Position numbers and translations under genes: made by a program
Part shown: piece by piece, positions 37,521 through 46,704 of the stretch
Position numbering within the stretch: the stretch's first letter is position 1
Layout of the letters: the number at the start of each line of letters is the position of its first letter
The notes under the pieces: model-generated
The model's input: the letters and a program-made list of their open reading frames with translations, nothing else
The model's database searches: none
What the model was told of the DNA's origin: nothing
Origin: Candidatus Latescibacterota bacterium
Lineage (GTDB): Bacteria; Latescibacterota; UBA2968; UBA8231
DNA length: 64,000 bases
Assembly: GCA_965203175.1 (NCBI GenBank)
Contig: OZ241867.1
Span: 704,001-768,000, forward strand
Direction of reading: 5' to 3'

Positions 37521-37601
37521 GTTTCAGGGGTTGCGAACCCCGAAGGGATTGCCCGAAAAGCCAAGCGGCGAATGCGGTGTAGTGTGAAGCCAATGTTATT
37601 G
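37514..37601 (-). mobile_element. attC-like recombination site (degenerate or hybrid)
   Basis: Minus strand CAATAAC-ATTGGCTTCAC...CCCTTCGGG...GCAACCCC-TGAAAC-GTTAAGA, 88 bp, starting 14 nt after a stop. The AAC/GTT ends are present but the inner L boxes do not pair. Confidence 0.55.
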
Positions 37602-37615
37602 GAAGTGGAATAGGG

Positions 37616-38218
37616 TCAATCTAGACGATGACATCCTTGGCTGTCATACAGGACGAACAGCGCGGTTTCTTTGTCGTAGGACGCTGCTTTCTCCCAAGCA
37701 TGGTATATAGATAGCTGTTTTCTCCATAGATTGTCGAAAAATATCAAGACAAAAAGCAGTGTCGAAGCAGAGTCAACAGCATCTATGGCTCCAATATATG
37801 CTTGGACTCCGGCGGTCTTAAAAGCTTGAGCCATATGCTCTAAGCCTCCCTCACAGCACGTATTTACAACGAGCCGATCTGGCAGCCGGGCTTTCTGCGC
37901 GATATACTCCGAAGGTAGACTACCATCTCTCAGCATACTTGTGTCTATTTCATCAGCGAAATCGCCAAAGACAAAGCCCGTTTCATCGCCGTGGCCGCAA
38001 ATAACCAGATCTCGCGGCATTTCACTAGGGTCAGACAGCACACTTAGAAAGTCGCCAGGGCATCCTACCCCGTAATAACGGGTCACGGCATCTAAATGAT
38101 ACACGAAGTCATCAATTTTTTTAGCTTCACCACTACTACCCATAATGTCGATAATGGCTATAGGGTGACATGGGATATGAAACTGCGTTTCTACGGGAGT
38201 CCAGAAAGAAAAAGACAT
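37616..38218 (-). CDS. stand-alone caspase/CHAT-like fold protein
   Basis: LVICGHG and VVNTCCEGG candidate His/Cys dyad, plus AYIG. ATG at 38218 has a GAGGT RBS. Confidence 0.55.
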   Translation of the reverse strand: MSFSFWTPVETQFHIPCHPIAIIDIMGSSGEAKKIDDFVYHLDAVTRYYGVGCPGDFLSVLSDPSEMPRDLVICGHGDETGFVFGDFADEIDTSMLRDGSLPSEYIAQKARLPDRLVVNTCCEGGLEHMAQAFKTAGVQAYIGAIDAVDSASTLLFVLIFFDNLWRKQLSIYHAWEKAASYDKETALFVLYDSQGCHRLD

Positions 38219-38305
38219 ATCTACCTCATGTGATATTGAGATATAACGATTGCAAAATCCGATATACGGCGGTGCGAAGGCCATAATGCCTAGGGACAAC
38301 CTATC

Positions 38306-39310
38306 TCAAGCGACGCGATACCTCTCCACCACCTCCATATCAACCTTGATCCCCAACCCCGACCCTGTCGGCACGGCAAAGTGCCCCTTCTCCAGCGCCA
38401 ACCCCTCGGCCACAACATCGGCCTCCCGCGTAAAAGGCAACTCGTCGCAAGGCAACGTGGCATTGGGCAGCGTCGCCTGCAAATGCACCGAGTAAGCCGC
38501 CATCACCCCAGTACACAACCCGCCCATCTGAATCCAGCAGGGCACATCCGCAGCCTCCGCCAGCGCCGCCGCCTTCCGCACCACCATCGCCGAACCGCTC
38601 AAGTTCACGTAGTCAATGCACTCGGCCCTGAGCGCCGCCAGCACGCCGGACGGCGCTCCCAAGTGCAGGGCGATAGGGATGTGGGTCTTCTCGCGCAGGA
38701 TGCGGTACCATTCGAGGTTGTTTTTGAGGATGGGATCTTCAAAAACCGATACCGTGCCAAAAGGCTCCAACTCGCTCGCCAAGCGCGCACCAGTGGGCAG
38801 CAGAGCGAATTCAGTATTGGGATCAACGCCGACCGTGTAGTCGGCACCCACCGCTTCTTTCATCAGCCGCACCGTCTCGACAATATTCCACGAGCGCGCC
38901 TTGAGCTTATGGTTGCTAAAACCCAGCCCGGCCCCTATTTCCGCCTCGGCCGCAGTCTCTTCTGGCGTCATGGGGCACGACCAGTACGACACCGGCACCT
39001 TATCGCGCACCTGCGCCCCAAAGAAGCGGTGCAGCGGAATGCCGTAGGCTTGACCCGCAATGTCGAGCAGCGCACAGGTGAAAGCATCGGGACGATTGTA
39101 CGGATCCAACGCCAACGGATCCTGCCCCACAAGAGCGTCGGCTTGCTCCTGACCAGCAGGCTTTTTGCTGAGGAACTCGCCCCAGCCCTCCAAGCCCTCA
39201 TCCGTCTGCACGCGGCAGAGGGTAATGTCATAGATCTTGGGATAGTAGCGGGCGATGGCCGGGATCGGCGGAATCTCAACTTCGTACAGCTCTACTTGGG
39301 TGATTTTCAC
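38306..39310 (-). CDS. mandelate racemase/muconate lactonizing enzyme family
   Basis: TDEGLEGWGE, KLK, VDPN, FEDP and P.GSGLG motifs. Confidence 0.88.
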   Translation of the reverse strand: MKITQVELYEVEIPPIPAIARYYPKIYDITLCRVQTDEGLEGWGEFLSKKPAGQEQADALVGQDPLALDPYNRPDAFTCALLDIAGQAYGIPLHRFFGAQVRDKVPVSYWSCPMTPEETAAEAEIGAGLGFSNHKLKARSWNIVETVRLMKEAVGADYTVGVDPNTEFALLPTGARLASELEPFGTVSVFEDPILKNNLEWYRILREKTHIPIALHLGAPSGVLAALRAECIDYVNLSGSAMVVRKAAALAEAADVPCWIQMGGLCTGVMAAYSVHLQATLPNATLPCDELPFTREADVVAEGLALEKGHFAVPTGSGLGIKVDMEVVERYRVA

Positions 39311-39339
39311 AGGAGGCCTCCTCTGCCATAAGGTTTCCG

Positions 39340-39368
39340 TTGCGCGTCGTTTGTCGAAGAGCTAGAAT
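39340..39368 (+). promoter_or_regulatory. sigma70-like promoter
   Basis: TTGCGC-N17-TAGAAT upstream of ATG 39436. Confidence 0.45.
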
Positions 39369-39435
39369 GATACCAAATTGGCGAGGGATCACAAAGGGAT
39401 CTATCGATCCCGCCGAAAACCGCGAGGAGGACCTC

Positions 39436-40962
39436 ATGGACGACAAGACGATGACCAACGAAGAAAACTACCGCTTCGACGTGGCGGGGTATATGATTGT
39501 CCCCGGCGTCCTGACGGCAGCCGAACTGAACGCCTGCAATCAGGCCCTGGACCAGCTAGCGTCTAACAACGGGCCGCTGCGCTGGACGTCGCCCGTTTGC
39601 AATCCCCTGCGCGCCCTGCGCGAGCATCCAGTGCTAATGCAGTATCTGGAGCAGATTTGCGGCGAGGGCTTCCGGGTCGACGAATCGCCGCGACTCGTCG
39701 AATCATGTACCGAAGCGACAGATCTGTCGGGAGGCGACGAGTGGGTGGATTGGTCGCGGGCGTACCGCCAGTACAACGGGCATCGCTTCTGTCAGGGAGT
39801 GCGGGCCTTCTGGGCGCTGGCGGACGTGGGCGCAGAAGACGGGGGGTTGGTCGTAGTACGAGCCAGCCACAACAGCACAGTGCCAGCCCCGCAAGACCTA
39901 GTGGACGGAACCGACCCGATGGGACTCGTCGAGCAGCCGGTCTTGCAGGCGGGCGACCTCCTGCTCTGCACCGACTCGCTGATGCGCGGCGTGCGGCCTT
40001 GGCAGGGCGCGGGGCCGCAACGCCTGCTCGAATGCGGGTACATTAGCACTGGCGTGCGGCCGGGGGCGGCGTCCGAAATCCACGGCGAAGACAGCGCGTT
40101 GCCCGAGTGGGCCGGCGAGCTGACCGATATTGAGCGCGCCGTCTTGCACAATCCCAACCGCCCGTACCCACCGCCAGTCGTGCATTCGGACGGCGAAAAG
40201 GTTTGGCTAGCGGAGGAACCAGGAGTTTTCCATCCCTCGGTCTACATCCGCGACCCAGATTCCGAGATTGACGAAAAGGAATTTTTCCACTGGGATCTGT
40301 GCGGCCACCTCGTTTTGCGGGGCGTGATGGACGAGGAATGGCTGACCGCGGCCAACGAAGCCATCGACAAAAATCCCGACCGGATCAGCCACGGCGGATC
40401 GGCTGCCGGCGATTCAACGCCTTTGGCCGGTACTGGAGTCGGCCGCTCGTCCATGGGCAACCCGTGGGCGTTGCCCGCGCCATACGGCGAGCCGTTCCAG
40501 CGCATGATCGCCAATCCAGCGCTCGTCCAGCGCCTGAACTGGATCATGGGCAGCGGCTTCGAGTGCATGATGTGCAGCGGCTTCCTGTCCGGGAAAGGGT
40601 CGTCCGGGCACTTTCTCCACTCGCCCGCCACGCCAGCCAAGGTGGGCAATCACTACCGCCAACAGAACGGCCGCGTGTACGCCGAATCCCTCAACGTGGC
40701 TTGGCAATTGCGCGATGTGACGCGGGCCGATGGGGGCTTTGTCTGCGTGCCCGGCTCGCACAAAACCGCCTATCCCATGCCCGACGGCATCCGCACCTGC
40801 GATAATGAAATGGGCCTAGTTAAACACATAGAGATGAAGGCGGGCGACGTGCTGCTGTTCCTCGCGTCGGCGCAGGCGCACGGGGCGTATCCGTGGACGG
40901 GAGAACAGAATCGGCGGATGATATTTTTCCAGTACCGGTCGCGCAATATGTACGCGCCTTGA
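39436..40962 (+). CDS. tandem double-domain PhyH-family protein
   Basis: Two PhyH-like repeats (FDVAGY...RASH...AGDLL; WDLCGH...VPGSHK...AGDVL..AHG); GAGGAGG RBS. Confidence 0.85.
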   Translation: MDDKTMTNEENYRFDVAGYMIVPGVLTAAELNACNQALDQLASNNGPLRWTSPVCNPLRALREHPVLMQYLEQICGEGFRVDESPRLVESCTEATDLSGGDEWVDWSRAYRQYNGHRFCQGVRAFWALADVGAEDGGLVVVRASHNSTVPAPQDLVDGTDPMGLVEQPVLQAGDLLLCTDSLMRGVRPWQGAGPQRLLECGYISTGVRPGAASEIHGEDSALPEWAGELTDIERAVLHNPNRPYPPPVVHSDGEKVWLAEEPGVFHPSVYIRDPDSEIDEKEFFHWDLCGHLVLRGVMDEEWLTAANEAIDKNPDRISHGGSAAGDSTPLAGTGVGRSSMGNPWALPAPYGEPFQRMIANPALVQRLNWIMGSGFECMMCSGFLSGKGSSGHFLHSPATPAKVGNHYRQQNGRVYAESLNVAWQLRDVTRADGGFVCVPGSHKTAYPMPDGIRTCDNEMGLVKHIEMKAGDVLLFLASAQAHGAYPWTGEQNRRMIFFQYRSRNMYAP

Positions 40963-41079
40963 CGAAGCATAGAGACTCGAATTGGAATTCGGCGGTAACA
41001 ACATCACCGACACCGTCGAATTCCGCGACTACTTTGCCTAATCGCGGTTGAATGCAATCGAGAATTACCCTAAGATCGA

Positions 41080-41105
41080 GGAACCTCTCGGCGAGTCAGG
41101 GCGTC
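41080..41105 (+). promoter_or_regulatory. putative ECF-sigma promoter
   Basis: GGAACC-N16-CGTC upstream of the exported thioredoxin. Confidence 0.4.
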
Positions 41106-41163
41106 TTTCGACGGACTGACCTCAACCCGACCACACCACAACTTTTTTAAATAGGAGCAAATC

Positions 41164-41607
41164 ATGCTGAAGTACGTCCTCACCCTCACCGCTCTAGCCC
41201 TTTTACTAGCCCCGCCCCCCACTCTCGCCGGCACTGTCCCAGTAGAAGGCGAAGGCGACCCAGCCTTGTATGTAGTCAAAGTCCACGCCGATTGGTGCGG
41301 CTCCTGCACAACCCTTGAGCCAATCCTCCAAGAAGTCCAAGCCGGCGTGGCCGATCATCCCGTCCTCTTCGTCCAATTGGACGTCACCGACTCAACGCTG
41401 ACATCCCAAGCCCGCCTGCTTGCCGCGGCCCTCGACGTAGAAGACCACTTCAAGGCCAACAACAAGACCGGCCTCGTCCTGCTCATCAACGCCCAAGACC
41501 ACACCCTGCTGGAAACGGTGACCAAGCAAAACTCCGCCGCTGAGATCGTCGGCAAAATCAAAACCCACCTTGCCGCACAAGCCAAGCAAGAAGAGGCTGC
41601 CGAGTAG
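41164..41607 (+). CDS. exported thioredoxin-like protein
   Basis: Signal peptide, HADWCGSC motif and AGGAG RBS. Confidence 0.85.
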   Translation: MLKYVLTLTALALLLAPPPTLAGTVPVEGEGDPALYVVKVHADWCGSCTTLEPILQEVQAGVADHPVLFVQLDVTDSTLTSQARLLAAALDVEDHFKANNKTGLVLLINAQDHTLLETVTKQNSAAEIVGKIKTHLAAQAKQEEAAE

Positions 41608-41608
41608 G

Positions 41609-42037
41609 CTAACCGTTCAGCTTGTATTCGTCCACCAAGGCGCGCAACCGCGCTAAAAACGGGTCGATATCCTGCGGTTGATTGGCCGCGTTGTGGAGGA
41701 CTATATCCTCACCCGTCTCCGCGTGGAACACCGTCGCGGCCGGCGATAGGCTCACCTTTTCGACCTCGGCCCACGCCAGCGTCTGCCGACCAAACAGGCC
41801 CTCTTCAACGGTCACGCCTTCCGGTCCCAGCCAGACCAAGCGCCGATGGAGGCGGTGGACGAAGAACGCCGCCGCGCAAAACGCCGCGATCCCGCCGCCG
41901 AGCACTGCGAGTCCATACGCGAAGCCGCCGCGCTGGAACGCAATGGTGCTCAATATCAACTGGCAGACGCCCAATAGGGCGAAAACTAGGCGCTGGCTGG
42001 CACCGGGACTGGTGGATAAATCGAACTGTTCAGCCAT
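41609..42037 (-). CDS. hypothetical membrane protein (2 TM plus bacterial PH-like domain)
   Basis: Two hydrophobic segments followed by ...LAWAEVEKV; lies just downstream of the dehydratase. Confidence 0.55.
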   Translation of the reverse strand: MAEQFDLSTSPGASQRLVFALLGVCQLILSTIAFQRGGFAYGLAVLGGGIAAFCAAAFFVHRLHRRLVWLGPEGVTVEEGLFGRQTLAWAEVEKVSLSPAATVFHAETGEDIVLHNAANQPQDIDPFLARLRALVDEYKLNG

Positions 42038-42040
42038 ACC

Positions 42041-43201
42041 TCATCGCGGTGCGATCCAGTCTTCGTCTATTTCCATGCCAAAACCCGGCGCGTCCGAAGG
42101 AACCAAGCGCCCATCTTGAGGCACGGCCATGCCCGGTATGGCGGGTACTTCGTCTAGGGGAATGCCCGGCGCCGAGCCAAGCCAGTACTCGGCCATCGGC
42201 GACTCGGGAAAGGCAAAGGCAAAGTGTTGTCCGAAGATACTGTTGCCTCCGCCGTGGGGGATGGTGACGAGGCCGGTGGCTTCGGCAATGTAGTAGATCT
42301 TGACCGCCTCGGAGAGACCGCCGCACCAATTGAGGTCCGGTTGCAGCACATCGACGCAGCGGTGTTCCACCAGCTGGCGGAAGGCCTGACGACCGTGGTG
42401 ATCCTCGCCGGTGGCAATGGGCACGTATGGAGCGGCGCGCTTGAGCGCGATGTGACCTTCGAGATCCGTGGGAATCAGCGGTTCCTCAATCCAGCGCATC
42501 TGATAGGGCCTGAGCCGCTCGGCGACTTGGACGGCGTATTCGACGTTGTAGGACATGACCGCGTTGAGCATCAGCTCGCAGTCCGGGCCAATGGTCTCGC
42601 GCGCTTGAGCGATTTTGTCTTCGAGGCGGTTGAGCCCTTCCTGCCCCTCGCGGTAGTGAATCGGATTGGTAACCTTGAAGGCGCTAAACCCCAGTTCGAG
42701 ACCCCAGTCGAGGTCGTCGCCAGTAGCGTAGAGTTCGAGATGGTCGCGGCAGGGGCCGCCGAGCAAGCGGTACACGGGCAGACCCAGCAACTTGCCCTTG
42801 AGGTCCCAAAGCGCCAGATCAATCCCGCTTTGAGCAACGGCTGCGGTGCCAGCATGACCGAGGCGCTGAGCGGCGCGCCACATCAGGTCGTTGAGGAATT
42901 CCGTAGCCAGACAATCGCGGCCCATCAGTAAGGGCGCGAAAACCTGCTCGACGATGGCGGCAACCGGCGCGCCAAAGGAGCAGTTGCCCAAACCCCAAGT
43001 ACCGTCTTCAGCCGTGATCTGTACCCAGACGGGACCGCCACCCATGCCCGGCATCTGGCCGGGTAGGCGCGAAAATTCCGGATACTTGTTGATCGGCAGC
43101 GAACGCGGCGCACTCTGATTCCAAGAGGGGCGACGGGGCGCTGTTTTGGGCGGGTTGTGCGGAATCTTGAGATCAACTACGCGGATGGATTGTATTTGCA
43201 C
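42041..43201 (-). CDS. L-rhamnonate dehydratase-like enolase-superfamily enzyme
   Basis: SGIDLALWDLKGK, YATG, WIEEPL, ATGEDH, QPD..WCGG and IPH motifs. Confidence 0.85.
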   Translation of the reverse strand: MQIQSIRVVDLKIPHNPPKTAPRRPSWNQSAPRSLPINKYPEFSRLPGQMPGMGGGPVWVQITAEDGTWGLGNCSFGAPVAAIVEQVFAPLLMGRDCLATEFLNDLMWRAAQRLGHAGTAAVAQSGIDLALWDLKGKLLGLPVYRLLGGPCRDHLELYATGDDLDWGLELGFSAFKVTNPIHYREGQEGLNRLEDKIAQARETIGPDCELMLNAVMSYNVEYAVQVAERLRPYQMRWIEEPLIPTDLEGHIALKRAAPYVPIATGEDHHGRQAFRQLVEHRCVDVLQPDLNWCGGLSEAVKIYYIAEATGLVTIPHGGGNSIFGQHFAFAFPESPMAEYWLGSAPGIPLDEVPAIPGMAVPQDGRLVPSDAPGFGMEIDEDWIAPR

Positions 43202-43258
43202 GTCTAAAACCTTCTCAAATCTACATCGGGCGTTTTTCGCTACGTAAAAGGGGGATAC

Positions 43259-43287
43259 ATTATATCGCCGGGCGTTGGTAGCAGCAA
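43259..43287 (-). promoter_or_regulatory. sigma70-like promoter for the dehydratase
   Basis: Minus strand TTGCTG-N17-TATAAT. Confidence 0.55.
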
Positions 43288-43309
43288 GGTTGGCAGCGCG
43301 GTCAGGCCA

Positions 43310-44437
43310 TCAAAAGGAGTATTGTAGTTGCATCGAGTAAGTGTTGTCGGCGTAGCTCTGGATGGGGTCGTTCGAATCGTTGGTCGCAAACGCGTATTCC
43401 AGCCGCGCCGCAAGATTGTCGCGGAGATCCTGCTTAAAGCCGAAGCGCAACAGGGTGAGGTTGTCGCGCCGTTTGGAGCCGGTCCCAGGCACGATCCAAT
43501 CCTGGTACAACTTGAAATGATGGCGCGCAGCAAGGCTCGCGCTGGAACGCGGCGCGAGTCGCCAGATGAAAAAAGACCCTATGCGGTGGTTGGCGAAGTT
43601 GAAATCGACATCGTCCTCGTCGCCATCGTGATGGCCGAATTCACCCCTTTGCTCAGGCTCGCGAGAAAGGGGTTCGTGGCGCGGGAGTTCGCGGGAGGCT
43701 AGATCGATTTCGAACTGATATTTCAAATTCAGCAACACTCGCCCCAAGGCCATGCCCTCAAACCCGAGGCTAGCGGTCTGGCGAATCCCGCCCACGTTCT
43801 CGTTGAGTTCAGATGTAATGATTCTCGGGTCGATAACGCCCCGGTACGCGCGCACCTGATAGCCAGCGGAAACATGTGCAATCGCGCTGAGCTGCCGTCT
43901 GAGCCCGCCTTCGACCATGACACTGCTATACGTACTGCCTTCGTTGTTGGGAAAGTACTTGTTCCGCAGCTCGGCCCCGAACCGGGACGACCACGACGGG
44001 TTCCACCGTATCTGGAGTTGACCACTGATATCTTGCTTGAAGTACTCGTTGATGCGGTCATTGGGTTGGTGCCGCAGGCCGAGGTTGGCGACGGTTAGGA
44101 GCGTGGCATCGCCGGAAAGCCTGCGGTGCCAAAGACCTGACAGCAGGTGATCGTAGCGATTCTTCTCGGTTACGTCGGCAAAGCGACGCGGGGCCATCTC
44201 ATAGCGCACGGCGATGCGCGTACGAGGATCAAGCGCGGCCCTGACATGGACCCCTGCCCATATATACGCGGCAAAATCCCGTTGTTCGCCCAAGTCCTTC
44301 GGCACCTGCAAGACATTGTCTTCGTACTGGTAGCGGCAGTCAAAAAAGGGCTTGATCCGCAACGAAGACTCGGCGAAAACTAGGTACGGGGTGCTCAGCG
44401 CGAGCAACCATATCACAGCTACAATTCTCAATGACAC
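43310..44437 (-). CDS. outer-membrane beta-barrel protein with His/acidic loop
   Basis: Signal peptide, alternating amphipathic strands, C-terminal LQYSF and loop GEFGHHDGDEDD. Confidence 0.7.
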   Translation of the reverse strand: MSLRIVAVIWLLALSTPYLVFAESSLRIKPFFDCRYQYEDNVLQVPKDLGEQRDFAAYIWAGVHVRAALDPRTRIAVRYEMAPRRFADVTEKNRYDHLLSGLWHRRLSGDATLLTVANLGLRHQPNDRINEYFKQDISGQLQIRWNPSWSSRFGAELRNKYFPNNEGSTYSSVMVEGGLRRQLSAIAHVSAGYQVRAYRGVIDPRIITSELNENVGGIRQTASLGFEGMALGRVLLNLKYQFEIDLASRELPRHEPLSREPEQRGEFGHHDGDEDDVDFNFANHRIGSFFIWRLAPRSSASLAARHHFKLYQDWIVPGTGSKRRDNLTLLRFGFKQDLRDNLAARLEYAFATNDSNDPIQSYADNTYSMQLQYSF

Positions 44438-44449
44438 GTGGGGATACCG

Positions 44450-45343
44450 TCACTTTCCTTGGAGCATATTCTCGAGTTCCCGGGCGAGTTGTATCGCTTT
44501 CTCACCGTGGATTTTTTCTTTGGCGTACCAGCTCTCCCGTTTGGCGCGCCAAATTTCCAGCGCCGATTCCGCATCCGCAATCTGTCCTTCCAACTCGGCG
44601 ATATCGAGGCTGCGGTCGAGATCAAACTCGTCTTCTTCCCCGCGGCGAATGTCGCGGAGCAACTCTAGCATATTGCGCCGCAAATCGAGTGCTTTACTGG
44701 TTTCGCGGATCTGCCGGTCGAGCTCTTCGATTTTGCTCCGTATAATATCCTGTTGGTCTTGCAGCACGGCCAATTTCTGCTGGATCTCATCGGGGCCGTC
44801 GGTTTGCGCCGGGGCGACATCCAACGACAACAGCAACTCGCTCGACTCTCTGGCCATTTGCCCCCGGTAGGTTTCTGCTTCTTCCTGAAGTTTTAGCACC
44901 TCGGCAAGGGTCCGGGTCTTGGTCTTGGCGTCTTTGGCGACGCGGGCTTCCCCAGAAAGCCGCTCAATCTCGTCATTCAGCATGCCCACGAGCGTGCGTT
45001 GCTTGGCGACCGATTCCTCGGTGAGCGCATAGATCTGGTTGTCGAGCGCTTGGATCCGGTCCGATAATTCCCGGGACGCCTGTAGGTCGTCCTGCAACTG
45101 TCGCTCAAGCAGTCGGCTGCCGCCTTGTTGCAGGTCTTGTTTGGCCGTGCGGATCCTATCGGTCAACTGCTTGTTTTCGCGCAGCAGCTTGTTGCTCTCC
45201 GCCGAGATGCCGGCGACCTGTTCGGCGAGTTGTTCAATCTGTATTCTCAAGTTTTGTAGAGTTAGCTCCTGCGTAAACGCCGCTGGCACCGCCCCGATTG
45301 AGATGGCGCAAAACAGCAGGAGATACCGCCAGCTAAAAAGCAT
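44450..45343 (-). CDS. exported coiled-coil protein
   Basis: Signal peptide followed by heptad-rich Q/E/L/R helices. Confidence 0.75.
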   Translation of the reverse strand: MLFSWRYLLLFCAISIGAVPAAFTQELTLQNLRIQIEQLAEQVAGISAESNKLLRENKQLTDRIRTAKQDLQQGGSRLLERQLQDDLQASRELSDRIQALDNQIYALTEESVAKQRTLVGMLNDEIERLSGEARVAKDAKTKTRTLAEVLKLQEEAETYRGQMARESSELLLSLDVAPAQTDGPDEIQQKLAVLQDQQDIIRSKIEELDRQIRETSKALDLRRNMLELLRDIRRGEEDEFDLDRSLDIAELEGQIADAESALEIWRAKRESWYAKEKIHGEKAIQLARELENMLQGK

Positions 45344-45366
45344 GGTCCTGAACGCTCGCCGAGAGA

Positions 45367-46704
45367 CTAGAGTTCATACTTTTCAAATTTGTAGCGGAAA
45401 GTGGTTCGTTCGATACCCAGCAACTTCGCGGCGTCAGCTTTGACCTTGTTTGCCTTTAGATAGGCATCCCACAAAAGCTGCTTTTCAAAAGCCTCGACGC
45501 GCTCCGTCAATGTGCCGCTTTCTAGGTGGTGTTCAGGCGATTGAGCATTTAGTGAGAGGTCATCAGGCGCAATCTCGTTGCCCTGCGCCAACACTACAGC
45601 GCGTTCGATGGCGTTTTCGAGTTCCCTGACATTGCCGGCCCAAGCGTGCGTCGTCAGCAATTCCATTGCGCTGGGATGCACTGACGACACCTTCTTGCCG
45701 ATCTCGGCGTTGTACTTGAGTAGGAAATGGGCCACCAGCAGCGGAATGTCTTCGCGGCGTTCGCGCAAGGGCGGGACCTCGATGGGCACCACGTTGAGGC
45801 GATAGTACAGATCCTCGCGGAATGTCCCTTCCCTGATGCAGTCGGGCAAGTTTTGGTTAGTCGCAGCGACGAGCCGGACATCGACCGCGATCGAGCGGGT
45901 TCCCCCGACCCGCTCAAATTCCCGTTCCTGCAAGACGCGCAGCAGTTTGACCTGCATCGCCGGCGTGCTCTCGCCGATCTCATCGAGAAACAACGTACCG
46001 CCATCGGCGATCTCAAAACGACCGGGTTTCATCTTCACGGCTTGGGTAAATGAGCCTTTCTCATGGCCGAAGAGTTCGCTTTCCAGCACGCCCTCTGCCA
46101 GCGCCGCGCAATTGACTTTGACGAAGGGTTTTTCTCGGCGCGTACTGTGCTGGTGGATCGCTCGGGCAATTAGCTCTTTCCCAGTGCCGCTTTCCCCGCC
46201 GATGAGCACGGTCGAATGGGTTGGCGCGGCGGTTTGTATCCTGCGAAAGACCGCTTGCATCTGCGGGCTTTCACCCATGATCTCGTCAAAGCTGTAGCGC
46301 AGCTCGTCTTCTCGGCGCAGGTAGGCGTTTTCCTGACTGAGACGGCGTCCGGCAAGCGCCTGTTCAATTTTTACTTCGATCTGTTCGAGCGTGTACGGTT
46401 TGGTTATAAAGTCCACCGCTCCCTTCTGCATGGCCTCAACGGCCAACTCGATCGTGCCAAAAGCTGTCATCATTACGACACTCGTTTCGGGCGAGATCTC
46501 AGCAAAGGCTTCGAGGACTTCAATCCCGGTCTTCTTTGGCATCTGGATATCGACCATGGCCAAATCGAAGGAGTACTTCTCGACCGCGGCGATCGCATCC
46601 TCTCCGTCAAATGCAACATGGGTCGAATACCCCAATCCCCCAAGCGCGAGGGCGAGCCCTTCTCTGGTGCTTTTATGATCGTCGGCGATCAGTATCCGGC
46701 TCAT
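45367..46704 (-). CDS. sigma-54-dependent response regulator (NtrC/ZraR/AtoC type)
   Basis: Receiver domain (ADD, VDIQMP, TA, KP), GESGTGKE, ESELFGHEKGSFTQA, FREDLYYRL and a Fis-type HTH. Confidence 0.95.
   Translation of the reverse strand: MSRILIADDHKSTREGLALALGGLGYSTHVAFDGEDAIAAVEKYSFDLAMVDIQMPKKTGIEVLEAFAEISPETSVVMMTAFGTIELAVEAMQKGAVDFITKPYTLEQIEVKIEQALAGRRLSQENAYLRREDELRYSFDEIMGESPQMQAVFRRIQTAAPTHSTVLIGGESGTGKELIARAIHQHSTRREKPFVKVNCAALAEGVLESELFGHEKGSFTQAVKMKPGRFEIADGGTLFLDEIGESTPAMQVKLLRVLQEREFERVGGTRSIAVDVRLVAATNQNLPDCIREGTFREDLYYRLNVVPIEVPPLRERREDIPLLVAHFLLKYNAEIGKKVSSVHPSAMELLTTHAWAGNVRELENAIERAVVLAQGNEIAPDDLSLNAQSPEHHLESGTLTERVEAFEKQLLWDAYLKANKVKADAAKLLGIERTTFRYKFEKYEL

Noticed and set aside
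40965-41040. Possible gene remnant (LELEFGGNNITDTVEFRDYFA*) overlapping a GGAATTCGGCGGT/ACCGTCGAATTCC hairpin
   Set aside because: It is too short to assign, and it lacks a U-tract to support a terminator call.
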